DNA from: the human T2T-CHM13v2.0 reference genome, Homo sapiens
DNA length: 64,000 nucleotides
Assembly: GCF_009914755.1 (NCBI RefSeq)
Contig: NC_060930.1
Strand: one strand, 5' to 3'
Positions within the stretch are counted from its first letter, which is position 1. Each line of letters begins with the position of its first letter. Of this stretch, positions 13,876 through 31,420 are shown in pieces. The translations under genes and the position numbers were made by a program. The notes under the pieces are model-generated. The model saw only the letters and a program-made list of their open reading frames with translations. It was not told the DNA's origin and searched no databases.

Positions 13876-16164
13876 AAATAATTTGGTTTTATGCTTGATT
13901 AATGAATCACAAGCCATAGTTTTAAAAATGCAGTGCTATAGGAGAAAACTGATTCTACATACTGTTTTATTTTCCTTTACAAATAAAATATTAGGGGAAA
14001 AAGTTTAAAGCATCTTTTCAAAAGCTTTTTGAACACAAGAGCTAACAGAAGTGCTGTCTTCCAGTGTTAAACAGGAATTTGTGGGATTACAAGATAGATG
14101 ATCAACCCAGATTGCTATGAGTGATAACCGTGCTTCCTCCTGTCTACCTTCTACCATATTCACTGGTTTATGGCACCTCCCACATATGCTGCTACACAAC
14201 CAAGGCATTATTACCAGGGAAGTCAATTCAGCCATAACTCTATAAAGTAAACTCCTGTGAATAGAGTATCTACTGTATGACTAGAGGTATAGCTAAGAAA
14301 AAAGACTATAGGGAGAAATTAATATTGTAGGACAAAGCATTTAATTCTAGAATGATCCCACTAAGGTAAGACCACCGTCATCGGTTGCAAAATTGCTGAA
14401 TCACTAGGGTTAATAGTTACAGATCCTAAATACTCCTCACATGTTTTCTTTCCTCGTTACTTAACTTCCCACACCCAACCTCTCCATCATCACAAGATAA
14501 CTTTTAAGGCTTTAGTTAGTCCCATGCAACATATGTCAGATGTTTTAGTGCCCTGTATTTTCCAAACTTGAAATAATTTCCCCTTGTATTATACCTCAAC
14601 ATATTGTAAATTGTCTCATGCAAAACTAATCATTATTTTATAGCAATGTTTGGATTTTTCACTTGTTTAAGAAAACATTTTCAATTCTAATTTTGGCGGG
14701 ACTTAAAAATATACACCAAGGAAGACTGGTGTGAAATTGGAGTGAAATTTAATCTTTCTTGACAGTATGTCTATCAGAGAAAAAAAATCAATGAAAATAA
14801 ATTAGTGTTCTTTCTATCATCTCTTGCAGGAGGTAGAGTGGGGGTTGGGGTACACATCTATTATTTATAACTTTATCGTACATGAGTCTTTAAAATAATG
14901 CAGTATAAGTCAACATATAAATATGTTTTTTGAAAGTACTCAAGTTCAATAAACACTCATTTAAATATATAAAAATAAGATAGCAAATTTCAGCTCTTCT
15001 TCATGACTCAAAAGCAAAGCATTATACATTTATATTTAAAATAGATTTCCCAGTTTTAAAAGCATTTACAAATACTACTGTATCAGCTTTTTAAGCAAAT
15101 ATCTCTATTTGTGTCTATATTATTAAGTGATGAGGTTAAATGGAAAAAATATTTTTATACTATCCAAACTCCCTAGCCAGTTCCATTAGTTCAAGGTCTA
15201 GGTATATCAAATAAGATAACATAACAAAAATATTTTCAAAGACACTATATGTATGTAACAAAAACAAATAGAAGGAAAAAGAAACAAAGAAGTAAATTGG
15301 AAAAAGGGGATTCTTAGTCAAGGAACTCAGATATGTGTCCACCTACATATTCTAGCTAAATCTGTTTTTTTTGTGTGTGTGTATAATTGGAATAATAGAA
15401 CTATCTAACGCTAAGATGATTATTTGAATATGATAATGTAAAGTGCTCTGACAATTATAAAATGTTATATACACATTAATTAAAATTTTAAAAATAGTCT
15501 AGCCTCCATAATTATCCTTAAAAAATAGCTGGGTAGATTAAAATAATTAGTAACATAGCTCTATGTTAACTTCATATACAAAGGTAATTGTATGGACTAT
15601 ATTACATAGTAATATAAAAATGCAAATGTTCTGCACAATAAACTTACAGTTAATGACTTTTTAATTTTCTTCTTAATATGGTTAAGGAATATATTGTTAT
15701 GAGCACAATTTCTACCCAGATTTTGTTGGTTCTTTTCAAATCCATCAAGTAAAACAGTGTGCGTATGATTTGTGAATACTGCAGTTGCTATAATCACAAT
15801 AAAAGAGGGTTTCTTGCAAGAAACTATGTAAAACAACTTTTATGAAGAATAGCTGTCCTTAGCCCCAGATAAAAACTACTGTCAGCCACAGGTACTCTAG
15901 CATGGACTTGGTGCTGACTGGGAAAAAGATATTTCTAAAATGCCCAACTAGCTTAAATTAAAGGCCACTCTTCCTTTGGGCTAAGATCACAGTGCTAAGA
16001 GTTACTTTGTCAGTTTTGTGAGTCCTCACTTGTCCTCAAGAAACACAAATGTCCTTCAAACTAAGGATAAAAGCAGAAAATAAAGTTTTTACTGAATGTC
16101 CCCTTTTGTTACTTTGACCTTGCAGTCATCTTAACAGGATTTCTCTCTGGATTGCTTTTTGCAG

Positions 16165-16254
16165 TATTACTACTCGGTCAAGGATATTTCAGTTGGAGGG
16201 ATGTGCATCTGCTATGGTCATGCCAGGGCTTGTCCACTTGATCCAGCGACAAAT
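16165..16254 (+). CDS. LAMA2: LAMA2 exon (probably 6), end of LN and start of LE1; [30 protein letters not shown]
   Basis: ttttgcag|TATTAC...ACAAAT|gtatgt; 90 bp; laminin YYYSxKDISVGGxCxCxGHA motif. Confidence 0.96.
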
Positions 16255-17118
16255 GTATGTATATTTATAGGATGCTTAGGCAAAATGAAGCCCTGAGCTG
16301 TAAAATGTTTCATGACAGTCTTTGCTGACAGAGAACGCTGTAAATGGGAGTCAGGTCCCCACTTAGACAGTGTAACAGAAATCCATGCCAGGGTGAAATA
16401 AGAGCTGGCAGTTAGGATGATAGACTTTGAAATCAGCCATCACAGTATAAGAAAACAGATTAGTTTTTCCTTTTTTTTTTTTTTTTTCAAAAAGGCTCCA
16501 AACTGGTCTATTTTGAAATCTCTCTAGCTATGACAGCCTGCCTCATGATATAGCTTTAGAGAACGCCTGCCATCAATCAACCTGACCATTTCTTTTAAAG
16601 TTTCTAATCAAAAAATTAATGCAAATGAGTAAAAAAATGTGCAGGGAAGTAAATATATAAGTGACAATGGAACAGGAGGATAAAATAGGGCAGGGGCAAT
16701 AAGGGGGTGGAGGGGGTGGAGTGGGTGAGAGAGTCAAGAGAGTACTGATAGTGGCAAGCCGGAAAATGCCAGAATGCTTTTTGATAGAATTTTTTCATTA
16801 ATGACAATGAATTAAGTGAACATAACCTAAAGGAGAAGATGAATGAGCATCTATTTTTCCTGTCATAGACAAACTGGTGAAATTCAAACTCATCTCCTGT
16901 ATAGTATATGGAAAAATACATTGAATAGTAAGATCAGTGAATGTAAATCGGGCCACAGATTTTTTTTCTCAAATATTGTAATGCAAATGACATTATACTC
17001 AAAGCTAGTTTTCTGATGATTGGATTATAATGTTATCTCCTAGGAAGATTAAAGTACACTAACATATTTTTATGGGCAAAGCTGCAGTGCTGCTTTCTGC
17101 CTGGTATGGGTGCTTTCT

Positions 17119-17612
17119 TCTTTTTTTTGTTTTCCATTTTTTAAAATTTTACTTTAAATCCTGGATACTCGTGCACAACATGCAGGTTTGTTACATAGGT
17201 AAATGTGTGTCATGGTCATTTGCTGCCCCTATCAACCCATCACCTAGGCATAATTTTCCACAGGCTTTACAGAGTCCCTTTGTCTCACTGGCTTTCTGCA
17301 TTTTAAAAATCCCTTTACTGTTATTTTATTTGGAGGAAGTGAAAAAATGCATATGCCACCATAGAATACTACGCTGCCATAAAAAGGAATGAGATCATGT
17401 CCTTTGCAGGGACATGGATGAAGCTGGAAACCATGGTCCTCAGGAAACTAACACAGGAACAGAAAACCAAACACTATATGTTCTCACTCATAAATGAGAG
17501 CTAAACAATGAGAACACATGGACTCAAGGAGGGGAACAACACACACCAGGGCCTATCAGATGGAGGGAGGCAAAGGGAGGGAGAACATCAGGACAGACAG
17601 CTAATGCATGCA
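17119..17612 (-). mobile_element. 5'-truncated, 5'-inverted older L1PA insertion
   Basis: L1 3' end on the - strand (17119-17271) and the adjoining upstream L1 segment on the + strand (~17340-17615); TSD gggtgctttct at 17108-17118 and 17613-17623. Confidence 0.85.
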
Positions 17613-18184
17613 GGGTGCTTTCTATCAGGTGTACAGATGATCAGTGTTTCCCAGGCTTTAAAAGTCCACAAGACAGGCTTGGAAGGCCAATTCCAGGTGG
17701 TAAATTGAGACTGTATTCAGAGCATGCACAGACAGGAGATTTAGTCCTAGAGACATTAGATTTCTGGTTTACCTGCACCCCTAGAGGCCTAGGAATCAAC
17801 TCCCTCCTTCTTGCCATATCCAAAAATATTAACAACATTTTGAGGGGAGCCTTAAAACAAGCTAATCGACCCCCAAAAAACACATAGATCCCAGGCATCA
17901 GAGAAGGAGAATTCAGTCTTCAAGACCACTCCCAGCTGGGCCTTCCTGCTTTCTTCTGAGCCTAAACCCAGTGATTAAAGAACCAGCCTGGACTTCCTTA
18001 AGGTGATGTTGATCAAATATACCCACTTCAAGCCTGGCACCACTTTCTTCCCAGGCTGGCTAGTTTTACATTTTAGTACACAGTCCAGATGTTTTCTCTT
18101 TTCTTCATAGTACCTTTAGAGAGAGGCTTCCTTTATGGTTCTAAATGAGGCTAAAATTTGTGCTTCCTCCCTCTTTTTGACTAG

Positions 18185-18302
18185 AAATCTCGCTGTGAGT
18201 GTGAGCATAACACATGTGGCGATAGCTGTGATCAGTGCTGTCCAGGATTCCATCAGAAACCCTGGAGAGCTGGAACTTTTCTAACTAAAACTGAATGTGA
18301 AG
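18185..18302 (+). CDS. LAMA2: LAMA2 exon (probably 7), LE repeat; KSRCECEHNTCGDSCDQCCPGFHQKPWRAGTFLTKTECE
   Basis: gactag|AAATCT...GTGAAG|gtatgt; 118 bp, phase 0-1; laminin EGF-like Cys spacing. Confidence 0.96.
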
Positions 18303-18888
18303 GTATGTTCTTTAGAAGCCAACAAAATATGTCATTCTTCCTTTCCAAGAAAAAAAGCCAGTAATGAAAAATAGTGAAATGGCTGGTTATGCAAATGTGT
18401 CAACAAATACTCATTTATATTATCACTTCGAAGACAACCCATATGTCTAGCTTTTCCTAAAGGGAAATATCTAAGAAATGTAGCAGATGACTTTATAGCC
18501 TAATAGTGACAACTGGTCTTTTTAGGTGACAGGTATCATGGAGAAACCTGTGTTTCTGGAGATTTTCTCAACCCAAGAAAAGACCTAAAAATAGTCTTGG
18601 GCTGAACTGCAAACCTAAACTAGTATGAAGTCCAATTCAACTGAATGCAAATATTAATATTACAGTAAATCAGCCCTAACCACATTTTTTTCAGCTCACT
18701 AAGTATATATGGCCTTCAAAAACAGCTTGATAGACATTTTAAATTAATACCAACACTATATATCCTTTGAATAACAAATTAACTCAACTCACATTTATCA
18801 TGTACAATGTGTCAGACATGACAGGTCTTTAAAACTATTGAATCATAACACACCTTAATCACAAAATGTTCCCCACCTATAAGATATA

Positions 18889-19216
18889 AAGTCGGCCTTC
18901 CATATCCATGGTTTCTCCATCCATGGGTCTAACCAACTGCAGATCAAAAATGTTTGAAAAAAAGTTGCATCTGTACTGAACTTGTAAAGACCTTTTTCTT
19001 ATTATTATTTCCTAAGCAATATAACAACTATTTATATAGCATTTACATTTTGTTAGGTATTATAAGTAATCTAGAGATGATCTAAAGTGTACAGGAGGAT
19101 GTGCATAGGCTGTATGCAAGTACTATGCCACTGTATAACAGGAACTTGAGTATCCTTGAATCTTGGTGTTTGAGGGAGGTCCTGGAACCATTCCCATGGA
19201 TATTGAGGGATGGCTG
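18889..19216 (-). mobile_element. Tigger-derived MER2-like element
   Basis: Inverted ends agtcggccttccatatccatgg / ccatggatattgagggatggctgta. Confidence 0.75.
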
Positions 19217-20609
19217 TATTTTCTTTTTAGTTTGAGATTCTGCATATATGCTATTAGCTCTCCTTATTTTCTGCACTCACTTCATTTGCTTTTGGATTTG
19301 TGTCTGCCTGTTTATAAAGATATTATGGATTAGAAATCTCCCATTATTACAAAAGCATATCTGGAGGCATGAGCCACCATTGGATCATCACTCACCATGC
19401 ATGGTAGGGGACCATTGGAAGCCCAGCCTTTTGTTTCCTTCAACTACTTCCAGCCATGTTCTGGCTAATCCCTTAGTTCTCCACAGCTTCTCCATAGAGA
19501 ACAGACATTTGTTCTTAATAGTGACTTTAAATGTAATGCCACCCAGGGATGTTTGCTCTCGAGCTCCTTTAAATTTTAATTAAATTTCTCTTCTGTTTGT
19601 AGAATATCAGTAATCATAAGTGGGAGCAGCACTTGAAGGTAGGGGTCTTCCTGTTGCCACTGACATGCCTTCACACAGTGATAATTGTGTAATGTTAAGT
19701 GGCTCTGCAAAATCCTTTACCACTCTTTACTTGTGTTTCTACGTTTAAATACAAAACAAAAACAATCGAGCAACTTGTTAGCAATAGAGGTAGACTAAGC
19801 AAGGCAAGACATTTCAAACTGCTACTGTACACATTTTTAAAATAGTGGAATTGTGAAACACTTTTTTTCTTTCCCTGTAGGGAAGAGGGGAGGTCGTATT
19901 TCCAAACTGAAAAACAAACATTTTAAAAACGCAGAAATTCAAGATGGGGATCTTAGCCATAAAGCCATACATAAAAATCACACTTTCAGCAATGAGTACA
20001 TTCCTGAAAGCTTAAGTAAAAATTTTCTTTTCCAAGTTGAATCATATTCCAATCACCTTAATATTTAGAAAAATCCTTCCATGACATGACAAATCCCTCC
20101 ATAAAATGAATAATCACATTCTAATTCATTTGAGTTTAATTTGGATTTTCATCAATCTAGCTTACATAAGGCAAGATAATATCTCTAAAAAGCATAGAAT
20201 ATTCATTCAGTTGCTGAGCCTTTACTAAACAACAGTTTCATATGATATATCTTGGACATTCTGTGAAATAGTAAGTTGCTGATGATAGAGAAAAAACATG
20301 GCTTTGTGATCAGTTACTAGCCATATTCTTGAAGGTTACAGACAGAGCGGGGTAGGCTGCAGCCTACAGACAGAAAGTGGGGCTGTAGGTGTAGGGTCCT
20401 GGCTGCACAGAGTGTGTGATGGACCGTTTATTTGGCATCAGGGTTTTACATATAGTAGCTCATAGTTCTAAACACTCTTGACAACACGAATTCTAAATAG
20501 TGTGAGAATAAGTCTATGTTACTTTATGTTTTCCTCTGCTTATACTGGCAGCAGAAGTTTTGACTGTTTTTTGAAATACACTATTACAACAAAGCTTTTA
20601 AGAATTCAT

Positions 20610-20725
20610 AGCCAGGTCCAGTGGCATGCTCCTATAATCCCAGCTACTGGAAAGAAGCTATGGTGGGAGGATCTCTTGAGCCCAGGAGTTTGAGGCCAGC
20701 CTGGGCCACATAGTGAGACCCTGTC
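20610..20725 (+). mobile_element. Alu monomer (FLAM/AluJ-like) split from its A-tail by an LTR
   Basis: gccaggtccagtggcatgctcctataatcccagctact...gagaccctgtc; tail resumes at ~21080-21096. Confidence 0.75.
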
Positions 20726-21074
20726 TGTATCACTCCGTTTTCACACTGCTGTAAAGATACTACCCGAGACTGGGTAATTTATAAAGGAAAGAGGTTTAGT
20801 TGACTCACCCTTCTGCATGGCTAGGAGGCCTCAGGAAACTTATGATCAAAGGGGAAGAGGGAGCAGGCACATCTTACATGGTACAGGAGAGAGAGGAGAA
20901 AGTGAATGGGGAAGAGCCCCTTATAAAACCATCAGATCTTGTACGAACTCACTCACTATCATGAGGACAGCATGGGGGAGCTGCCCCCTTGATCCAGTCT
21001 CCTCCCTCCCTCCATACGTGGAGATTACAATTTCAAATGAGATTTGGGTGGGGACACAGAGCCAAACCATATCA
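20726..21074 (-). mobile_element. THE1/MST-type MaLR solo LTR
   Basis: TG...CA termini, ends gccaaaccatatca, 349 bp; 5-bp TSD ctgtc (20721-20725 and 21075-21079). Confidence 0.88.
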
Positions 21075-23132
21075 CTGTCTTTCTGAAGAAAAAAAAGGAA
21101 TTCTTGTATGTTGCCCTAAAGATATAAAACTGCTTACAATGCCTAGTGATTTGTATTGATTACTATGTGTTCCCTAAAGTTTGAAACTCTCCATTAACAT
21201 AGCAAAACTACTATATTCTAAATCAAATGTCAGCAGGTTGGGAAAGGTATTTACAACAAACATGACAAGGGGATAATAACCTTTCTATATTAAGAGATCT
21301 TACATATCAATAAGAAAAAAGTTAACCTGTTAGAAAGATCAAAACAGGTATTCCTCAGAAATGACATATAACTTTGTAAAAAGATAATGACACTCATAAT
21401 GAAGGAAGTATCAATTAAAACAATGACATATTATTTTTCACCTATCAAAGTGTTTATTCTTCTACTCAACAAATATTTGAATGCTTATTATGTCCAGGAA
21501 TTGTATTCAAGGGTTGATAACACACAAGGTTGGTGGCTATGGAGAAAGTGTTTTATCATATCTACTAGAGGAAAAGTCATTTGTCATAGCGTTCCTGGAG
21601 GGGAATTTTTTAAGCGATTAAAATTTAAATTTTACATATCCTTTGACTAGAAATTATGCTTCCAGGAATTTACCCTATAGATATATTCATATAGATGTAC
21701 AGGCATATTATCATGATCCTCGTCATTATTATACAAGTGCTACCACTACTGCTACTAACATTTATTGAGCTCAGTATTTAGTATGTTTCAGGCATTCTGC
21801 TAAGCATTCTCAAAACATGTATGAGACAAGTACTAAAGTGATGCTAGGACTCGAGTTTTTGCCTCAAAGTCACTCAACTGGCAAATAGGAAACTTTTCTA
21901 ACATTAGAGCGCCTCCCTCCACCCGGCATCCTTGTCCTCCCAGTATGTGTGTGGTGTTATTTGTAAAGGGAGAAACATGGAAACTGTGTAACTGTTCATT
22001 AATAGGGACCTGATAAATACCTTCATTCAAGTAGTACCCTGTGTACCCTTAGGGGATACACATGCTAATATGGAAAGGGCTCCATGATTTACTGTTAGTA
22101 AAAAGAACCGGTTCTAAACAGTATACAAATGCCCCTTCCCTTTTGTAGAATAAATAAAAAGATTGAGCTGTATGCATACAAGCACACCTACACACACACA
22201 CACACACGTGGAAATAAATGTAAGTACTCCTAAGAAACTCAACATGTCAGGTAGGAAGGAGACTGCATCGATATATTTCCCTGGTTCTATCCTAATATAA
22301 ATTCTTCATATTTAGAAGAGTCTTACCCAATCCTTTCTGGAGAAAGTGATTTTTCACTTCTTGGAATTCTTCTAATGTAACATGAAAAAGACAAGGAGGA
22401 AGAAAAGAAGAAAAATCAATTGCTAACTTCTTTATAAGACATTACGCTAATGATTTCACATGCATTATCTCACTTGTGCTTTTAAATATCCCAATCTAGT
22501 AATTACTATTGACCACTCCATGTATTATATGGAAACTGAGCCTTCGTGAAATTAAGAAGTTTCCAATGTCATATGACTGCTAAGTAGAGGAGAGCACACC
22601 CACATCCAAGACAGTTGGTTGCAAAATAGCATGATCTTAGCCACCAGTAAACTAGCTCTCGGTTTGTCTTAATTCCTTGGCACCTGCCATGTATCTTATT
22701 TCATTCACCGGGTAGGATGTGAAGAGATTCTGGCAGTCTTTAGCAGTGCAGACTCTGGAGTCTGGCTTCAGAGGTTGGTTTCCAATACTGATTAGAATAT
22801 CTTTTACACGTTATTTCACTTCTCTGGACTCAGGTTTCTAGTATACAAAAATAGGTTAATAATAATAATACCTAATTCCTAAAAGCATTTTTGAGGATTA
22901 AAATCAGTAGCAACAAATATGGAGCATTTAGAACAGTGTCTGGCATTGAGAAAACCTATGTTTTAGTTGTTATTAGTATTAAAAGAAAGGAATTATATTA
23001 TACATACTTTTCTTTACCCACAGGCTCTAATACAGAAATTTCCATATGGTAGTAATTCATTACAGATTACCTAGCTGTTAATCATTCAGTGCCATCATTG
23101 AATAATTTATTATTTGTTATAATAGGAAATTG

Positions 23133-23201
23133 TAAGTTGAACCATATAAAATTGCACGTTAGTCAAAACCAAATATTGGCAATTGCATATGATTGAGCTT
23201 A
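23133..23201. mobile_element. MADE2-like mariner-derived palindromic MITE
   Basis: Imperfect inverted repeat taagttgaaccatataaaattgc ... gcaattgcatatgattgagctta. Confidence 0.65.
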
Positions 23202-23306
23202 ATTTATATGTTTTAATCATTTCAAATTCTATTAAAATGTGTGAATTTATTAATACCTCCAATACATCCAGATACTTTCTGGATATGTTTGTGTGTGTGT
23301 ACGCTA

Positions 23307-23629
<323 letters not shown>

Positions 23630-23710
23630 TCTATTATGTATAACAGAAATGATTTTTAAATGTATCTGAAATCAAATTGATGTTTATTAATTTATTTTTC
23701 CTTAATGCAG

Positions 23711-23889
23711 CATGCAATTGTCATGGAAAAGCTGAAGAATGCTATTATGATGAAAATGTTGCCAGAAGAAATCTGAGTTTGAATATACGTGGAAAGTACA
23801 TTGGAGGGGGTGTCTGCATTAATTGTACCCAAAACACTGCTGGTATAAACTGCGAGACATGTACTGATGGCTTCTTCAGACCCAAAGGG
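23711..23889 (+). CDS. LAMA2: LAMA2 exon (probably 8), LE repeat; (A)CNCHGKAEECYYDENVARRNLSLNIRGKYIGGGVCINCTQNTAGINCETCTDGFFRPKG
   Basis: aatgcag|CATGCA...AAAGGG|gtaaag; 179 bp, phase 1-0; contained in ORF 23677..23994. Confidence 0.96.
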
Positions 23890-25732
23890 GTAAAGTATGC
23901 TTTTTCTTTCATAAAGAGTTATTTTTTTGCTTTTTCATACAAAAATGTTTTATACAAAAAAATAATAATTTTGAAAGCTTCTGTAAACAGTTGAACTTCA
24001 AATTAAAAGGTAAGTAGGAACATTTCGTAGTTGAAACTGACCTAAATCTTTGAGGATGTAAGATAAAACTTTTCCATCACTCCAGAAAGTTTTATCATGG
24101 CTCCTTCCAGTCAAGGAGTGGACCCCTAGGCAAACTCTGTTCTGATTTTTAGAACGTAAATTAGTTGTGCCTCTTAGAGAATTTCATAAAAATGAAATCA
24201 TACAGTACATACTAGTGAGTCTTTTTTCACTCGACATAATATGTTAAGATTTATCCATGTTGTTTGTGCATCAGTAGTTCTTTTTCTTTTGAAAGAAATT
24301 GCTGAGTAGTATTTCTCTGCACGAACATATCAAAATTTTAAATCCATTCTCCTGTTGATAGAAATTAGGATCATTTCCAGTTTTAGCTTAGCTCCTACAA
24401 ATAATTTTATACTAGTTATTTTATAGTCATATTTTTATTTACCTTGTGTAAATACTTAGGAATAGAAAGCTTTTTTCATAGGATAGGTAGATGCTTAACT
24501 TTATAAGAAACCGTCAACATTTTGCCAAATTAGTAATAATGTATAAAATGTTCACCAAAAAGTTATATGAGTTTCAGTCATTCTATATCATCTCTAATAT
24601 TTGATGTTGACTATCTTTTTGGATTTTAGTCATCTAGTGGGTGTGAAATGGCATCTGATTATGGATTTAATTTTAATCGTAAGGGCTTATTGACCATTCC
24701 TGTATCTTCTCTTATGAAGTAGATGTTCAAAGTCTAAATATTTTTTTATCCTAAAAACCAAAATTTTAACTTATAGAGCTATTACCCATATCAAGTAAAT
24801 GTTTGTGTGTGGTGTGAATAAGTAACCAGATTTATATGGTTAACCTGAAGTTCTAGCACCATTTGTTGAAAAATCAATTGATCATATTACATGGATCAAT
24901 TTCTAGAACCTCAGTTATCTATTTTTCCTAGCATCTATTTTTCCCTCTGCGTGCTAATACCATACTATCTTCATTGCTTTAGTAAGTCTAGAATTTAGGT
25001 AATATAATGTACCAACTTTATTTTTTATTTTCAAGATTGTCTATAGTAGGGGCTTTTTTGTGTGTGTTTCTATACAATTTTAGAATCAACTTGTCAATTA
25101 CAGAAAATATTAGGATTATTGCTTAGACTCTATATACAAATATGGAAAATGGAGCTTGAGGAGATGTTGGTCAAAGAATATAAAATTTCAGTTAGATAGT
25201 AGGAATACATTGAAGATATTTATTGTACAGCATGGTGACTGTAGTTAATAACAATGTATTTACTCTTAAAAAATGCTGAGAGTAGATTTTAAGTGTTCTC
25301 ACCAAAAAAATTGATAATTATGTTAGGTAATATGTTAATTAGCTTGATATAACCATTTCACAATTTGTATATATATAATATATATATACAATGATATTCA
25401 AAATATCATGTCACACATGATAAATATATACAATTTTGTCAAAAAGGAAATTAAACTTTAAAAGCAAACAAGTATTGAGGAAAATAACATCATAATAATA
25501 TTGAATCATTTAACCAATGAACATAGCATATCTCTCCATTTATTTCTATCTTCTTTATTCATGTCAGTGTTCCAGTACAGAGATCTTGCATGTCTTTTGT
25601 TAAATTAATCTTTAGAATTTTGCTTTGCATGACTGTAAAAAAAATTTTTAAATAATTTTCCAATTATTTAATGTAATTGTTAAAGAATTTTGAATATTGA
25701 CTTTATGCCCTATAGCCATCCTTAATTTCTTT

Positions 25733-28718
<2,986 letters not shown>

Positions 28719-30739
28719 CCATGCTTAATTTCTTTATTAATTCTAGTAGTTTTAAACTACATGCTTTAGAAACGTACACATAAACAATCATTTTACCTGC
28801 AAGTACATTCAGGCTTACTTCTTCCTTTGCAATCTTTATGCCAAGGTTAACTAAAAATGGCGAGAGCTGACATCTTCACTTTGTTCTGAATTTTAAAGGG
28901 AAACCTAATATTTCACTATGGAGTATGATGTGAACTGCATATTTTTTTATGGACACCCTTTATCAGATTCAGTAGGTCCCCTACTATTCCTAAGTTGCAG
29001 AGAGTTTTTATAACAAAATGGTTTTGCATTTTGTCATATGCTTTTCGAAACCTACTGAAATGAACATAAGGATTTTCTCCTTTATTCTGTTAACGGGGAC
29101 AATTTATGCAAATTGAATTTTAAAATATGAAGGCAGCTTTGCATTTGTGAATTAATCTCCATTTGGTTATGATATATTATCATTTTTATATATTGGATGA
29201 TTCAATTGACTAATGTTTGGTTAAGAATTTTGACATCCTCTCATAAAATATATTGGTCTATAATTTTATTTTCTTATAATGTTTTTGTCAGGTTTTTTAT
29301 TGGGGTATACTGGCATCAACAAATGATCGGGGAAATGCACTTCCTCTTCTGTTTTCTAAAGTAACTTCAGATTAAAATTAATTCTCTTTAAAATGCTTGA
29401 TAAAATTTCCTAGTGAAACTATCTGAGTCTCTAGTTTTCTTCGTGCATTGTATTGGCTATTTTTTATTAGACATAGGGTTAGATAGGTTTTGTATTAATA
29501 TCTTTAGGGAGGGTCAATTTTTGATATATTGTATTTTTCAAGTAATTTGTTCAATTCATCTAAATTGTCAAATCATTGGCAATTGGCAGTTTTAAAAATT
29601 GCCTTATTATCTTCTTGAAGTCTATAGCATCTATATAGATATCCCCTGTGTAATTTTTAAAATGATTAAGTTGTGCTTTTCTCCTTTTATTGATCACTTA
29701 TGTTAGGGGTTTATCAATTTTCCTAATCTTTTCCAAAAAAACTTCTGCCTTTTTATTTTTTGTGTTTTTATTGATTCTGTTCTATTTATTATATTATTCA
29801 TTTGACCTGTTTTGGTTTTAAATTTCATTTTCTTTTTCTACCTATCAATTTGGAAAGTTAAATTATGATTTTACACCTTTCTTCTTTTATCATATAAACT
29901 TTTAAATATAGATTTCCTTCTAGCAGTTCTTTAGCTGTTTCTCATGAATTCAGGAATGCTTTATGTTCATTGTCATTTATTTAACATAATTTCTAATTTC
30001 TCTTGTGATTTATTTTTTGTTAATTTCCAAATATTTGAGCTTTATTAAATATTATATTTTTGATTTCTACACTGGATGTTTATGATCTGAGAACATACTC
30101 TCTAAGATGTCAAACTTTAGAAGTTTATTGAAATTTAACTTATGGCTCAGTGCATGGTCTCTCTTGGCAAACAAATAAATGTGGATTTTTCCAATCTGCG
30201 ATTATGGATTCCTACCTTTCTTTCATTTTTTTCAGTATTTCTTCCTGTTCTTTGAAGCACTGTTATGAGGCACATACATATTTAGAATATTTTGAATCTT
30301 TAGATTTTTATATCTTATAAATTAATATTTTGATAACTGTGAAGATCTCCACTTAATCTCAGATATCACTTTTTGTCCTAAAGTCTACTTTATTTTTTAT
30401 TAACATTGCCACAGCAGTTTTCATATGCTTACTCTGTATGGTATGTTTTTTCTGATTTTGTTTAACTTTCAACCTATCTTTATTTTCATTTAAAAGATTT
30501 CTTATAAAGAGTAAAATAGATGGATTTTTTATCCTGACAATTACTGTGTGTTTAGTCCCTAAATTTAATATAGTTAATAATATGATTGGGTTTTGCTATT
30601 TGTTTCCCATTTGTGTCACAAAATTTTTGTTCCCATTCTTCCTTTTCTGTCTACTTTTATGTTAAACAAATATTTTTCAGTATTCCATTTTATTTCCTTT
30701 ATTATCTTTTTAGCAGTACCTCTTTGTATAATTTTCCAT

Positions 30740-31420
30740 TCCAACTTTTATTTTAGGTTCAGGTAGTACATGGGTAAATTATGTGTCATGGGATTTGGTG
30801 TACAGATTATTTTGTCACCCAGATAATAAGCATAATAAAATTTTCAATCTTCACCCCCCTCCCACCCTTTTCAAGCAGGCCCTGGTGTCTATTGTTGCCT
30901 TCTTTGTGTCCATGTGTACTCAATGTTTAGCTCCACTCATAAGAGAGAACATGCAGTATCTGGTTTTCTATTCTTGCATTAATTCACTTAGGATAATGGC
31001 CTTCTGCTCCATCCATGTTGCTTCAAAGGACATGATTTTATTCTTTTTTATGGCTGTGTAGTATTCCATGGTGTATATGTACTACATTTTCTTTATTCAG
31101 TCCACCAATGATGGTACCTAGGTTGATTCCATGTCTTTGTTATTGTGAATAGGGCTGCAATGAACATAGGCATGCATGTGGCTTTATGATAGAATGATAT
31201 ATATTCCTTTGGGCATATACGCAGTAATGGGATTGCTGAGTTGAGTGCTAGTTCTGTTTTAAGTTTTTTGAGAAATCTCCCAACGGCTTCCCACAGTGTC
31301 TGAACTAATTTACTTTCCCACCAGCAGTGTATAAGTGTTCCCTTTCTCTGCAACCTCACCAGTATCTGTTATTTTTGACTTTCAGTAATAGCCGTTCTGA
31401 CCAGTGTGAGATGGTAGTAT
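30740..31420 (-). mobile_element. L1 3' fragment (old L1PA/L1PB)
   Basis: ORF 31093..31359 resembles the ORF2 C-terminus (HCWWE.KLVQ.LW...MFIAALFTI.KTWNQP); 3'UTR follows. Confidence 0.85.

Noticed and set aside
23133-23201. Hairpin resembling a pre-miRNA
   Set aside because: Explained by the terminal inverted repeats of a MADE2-like MITE.
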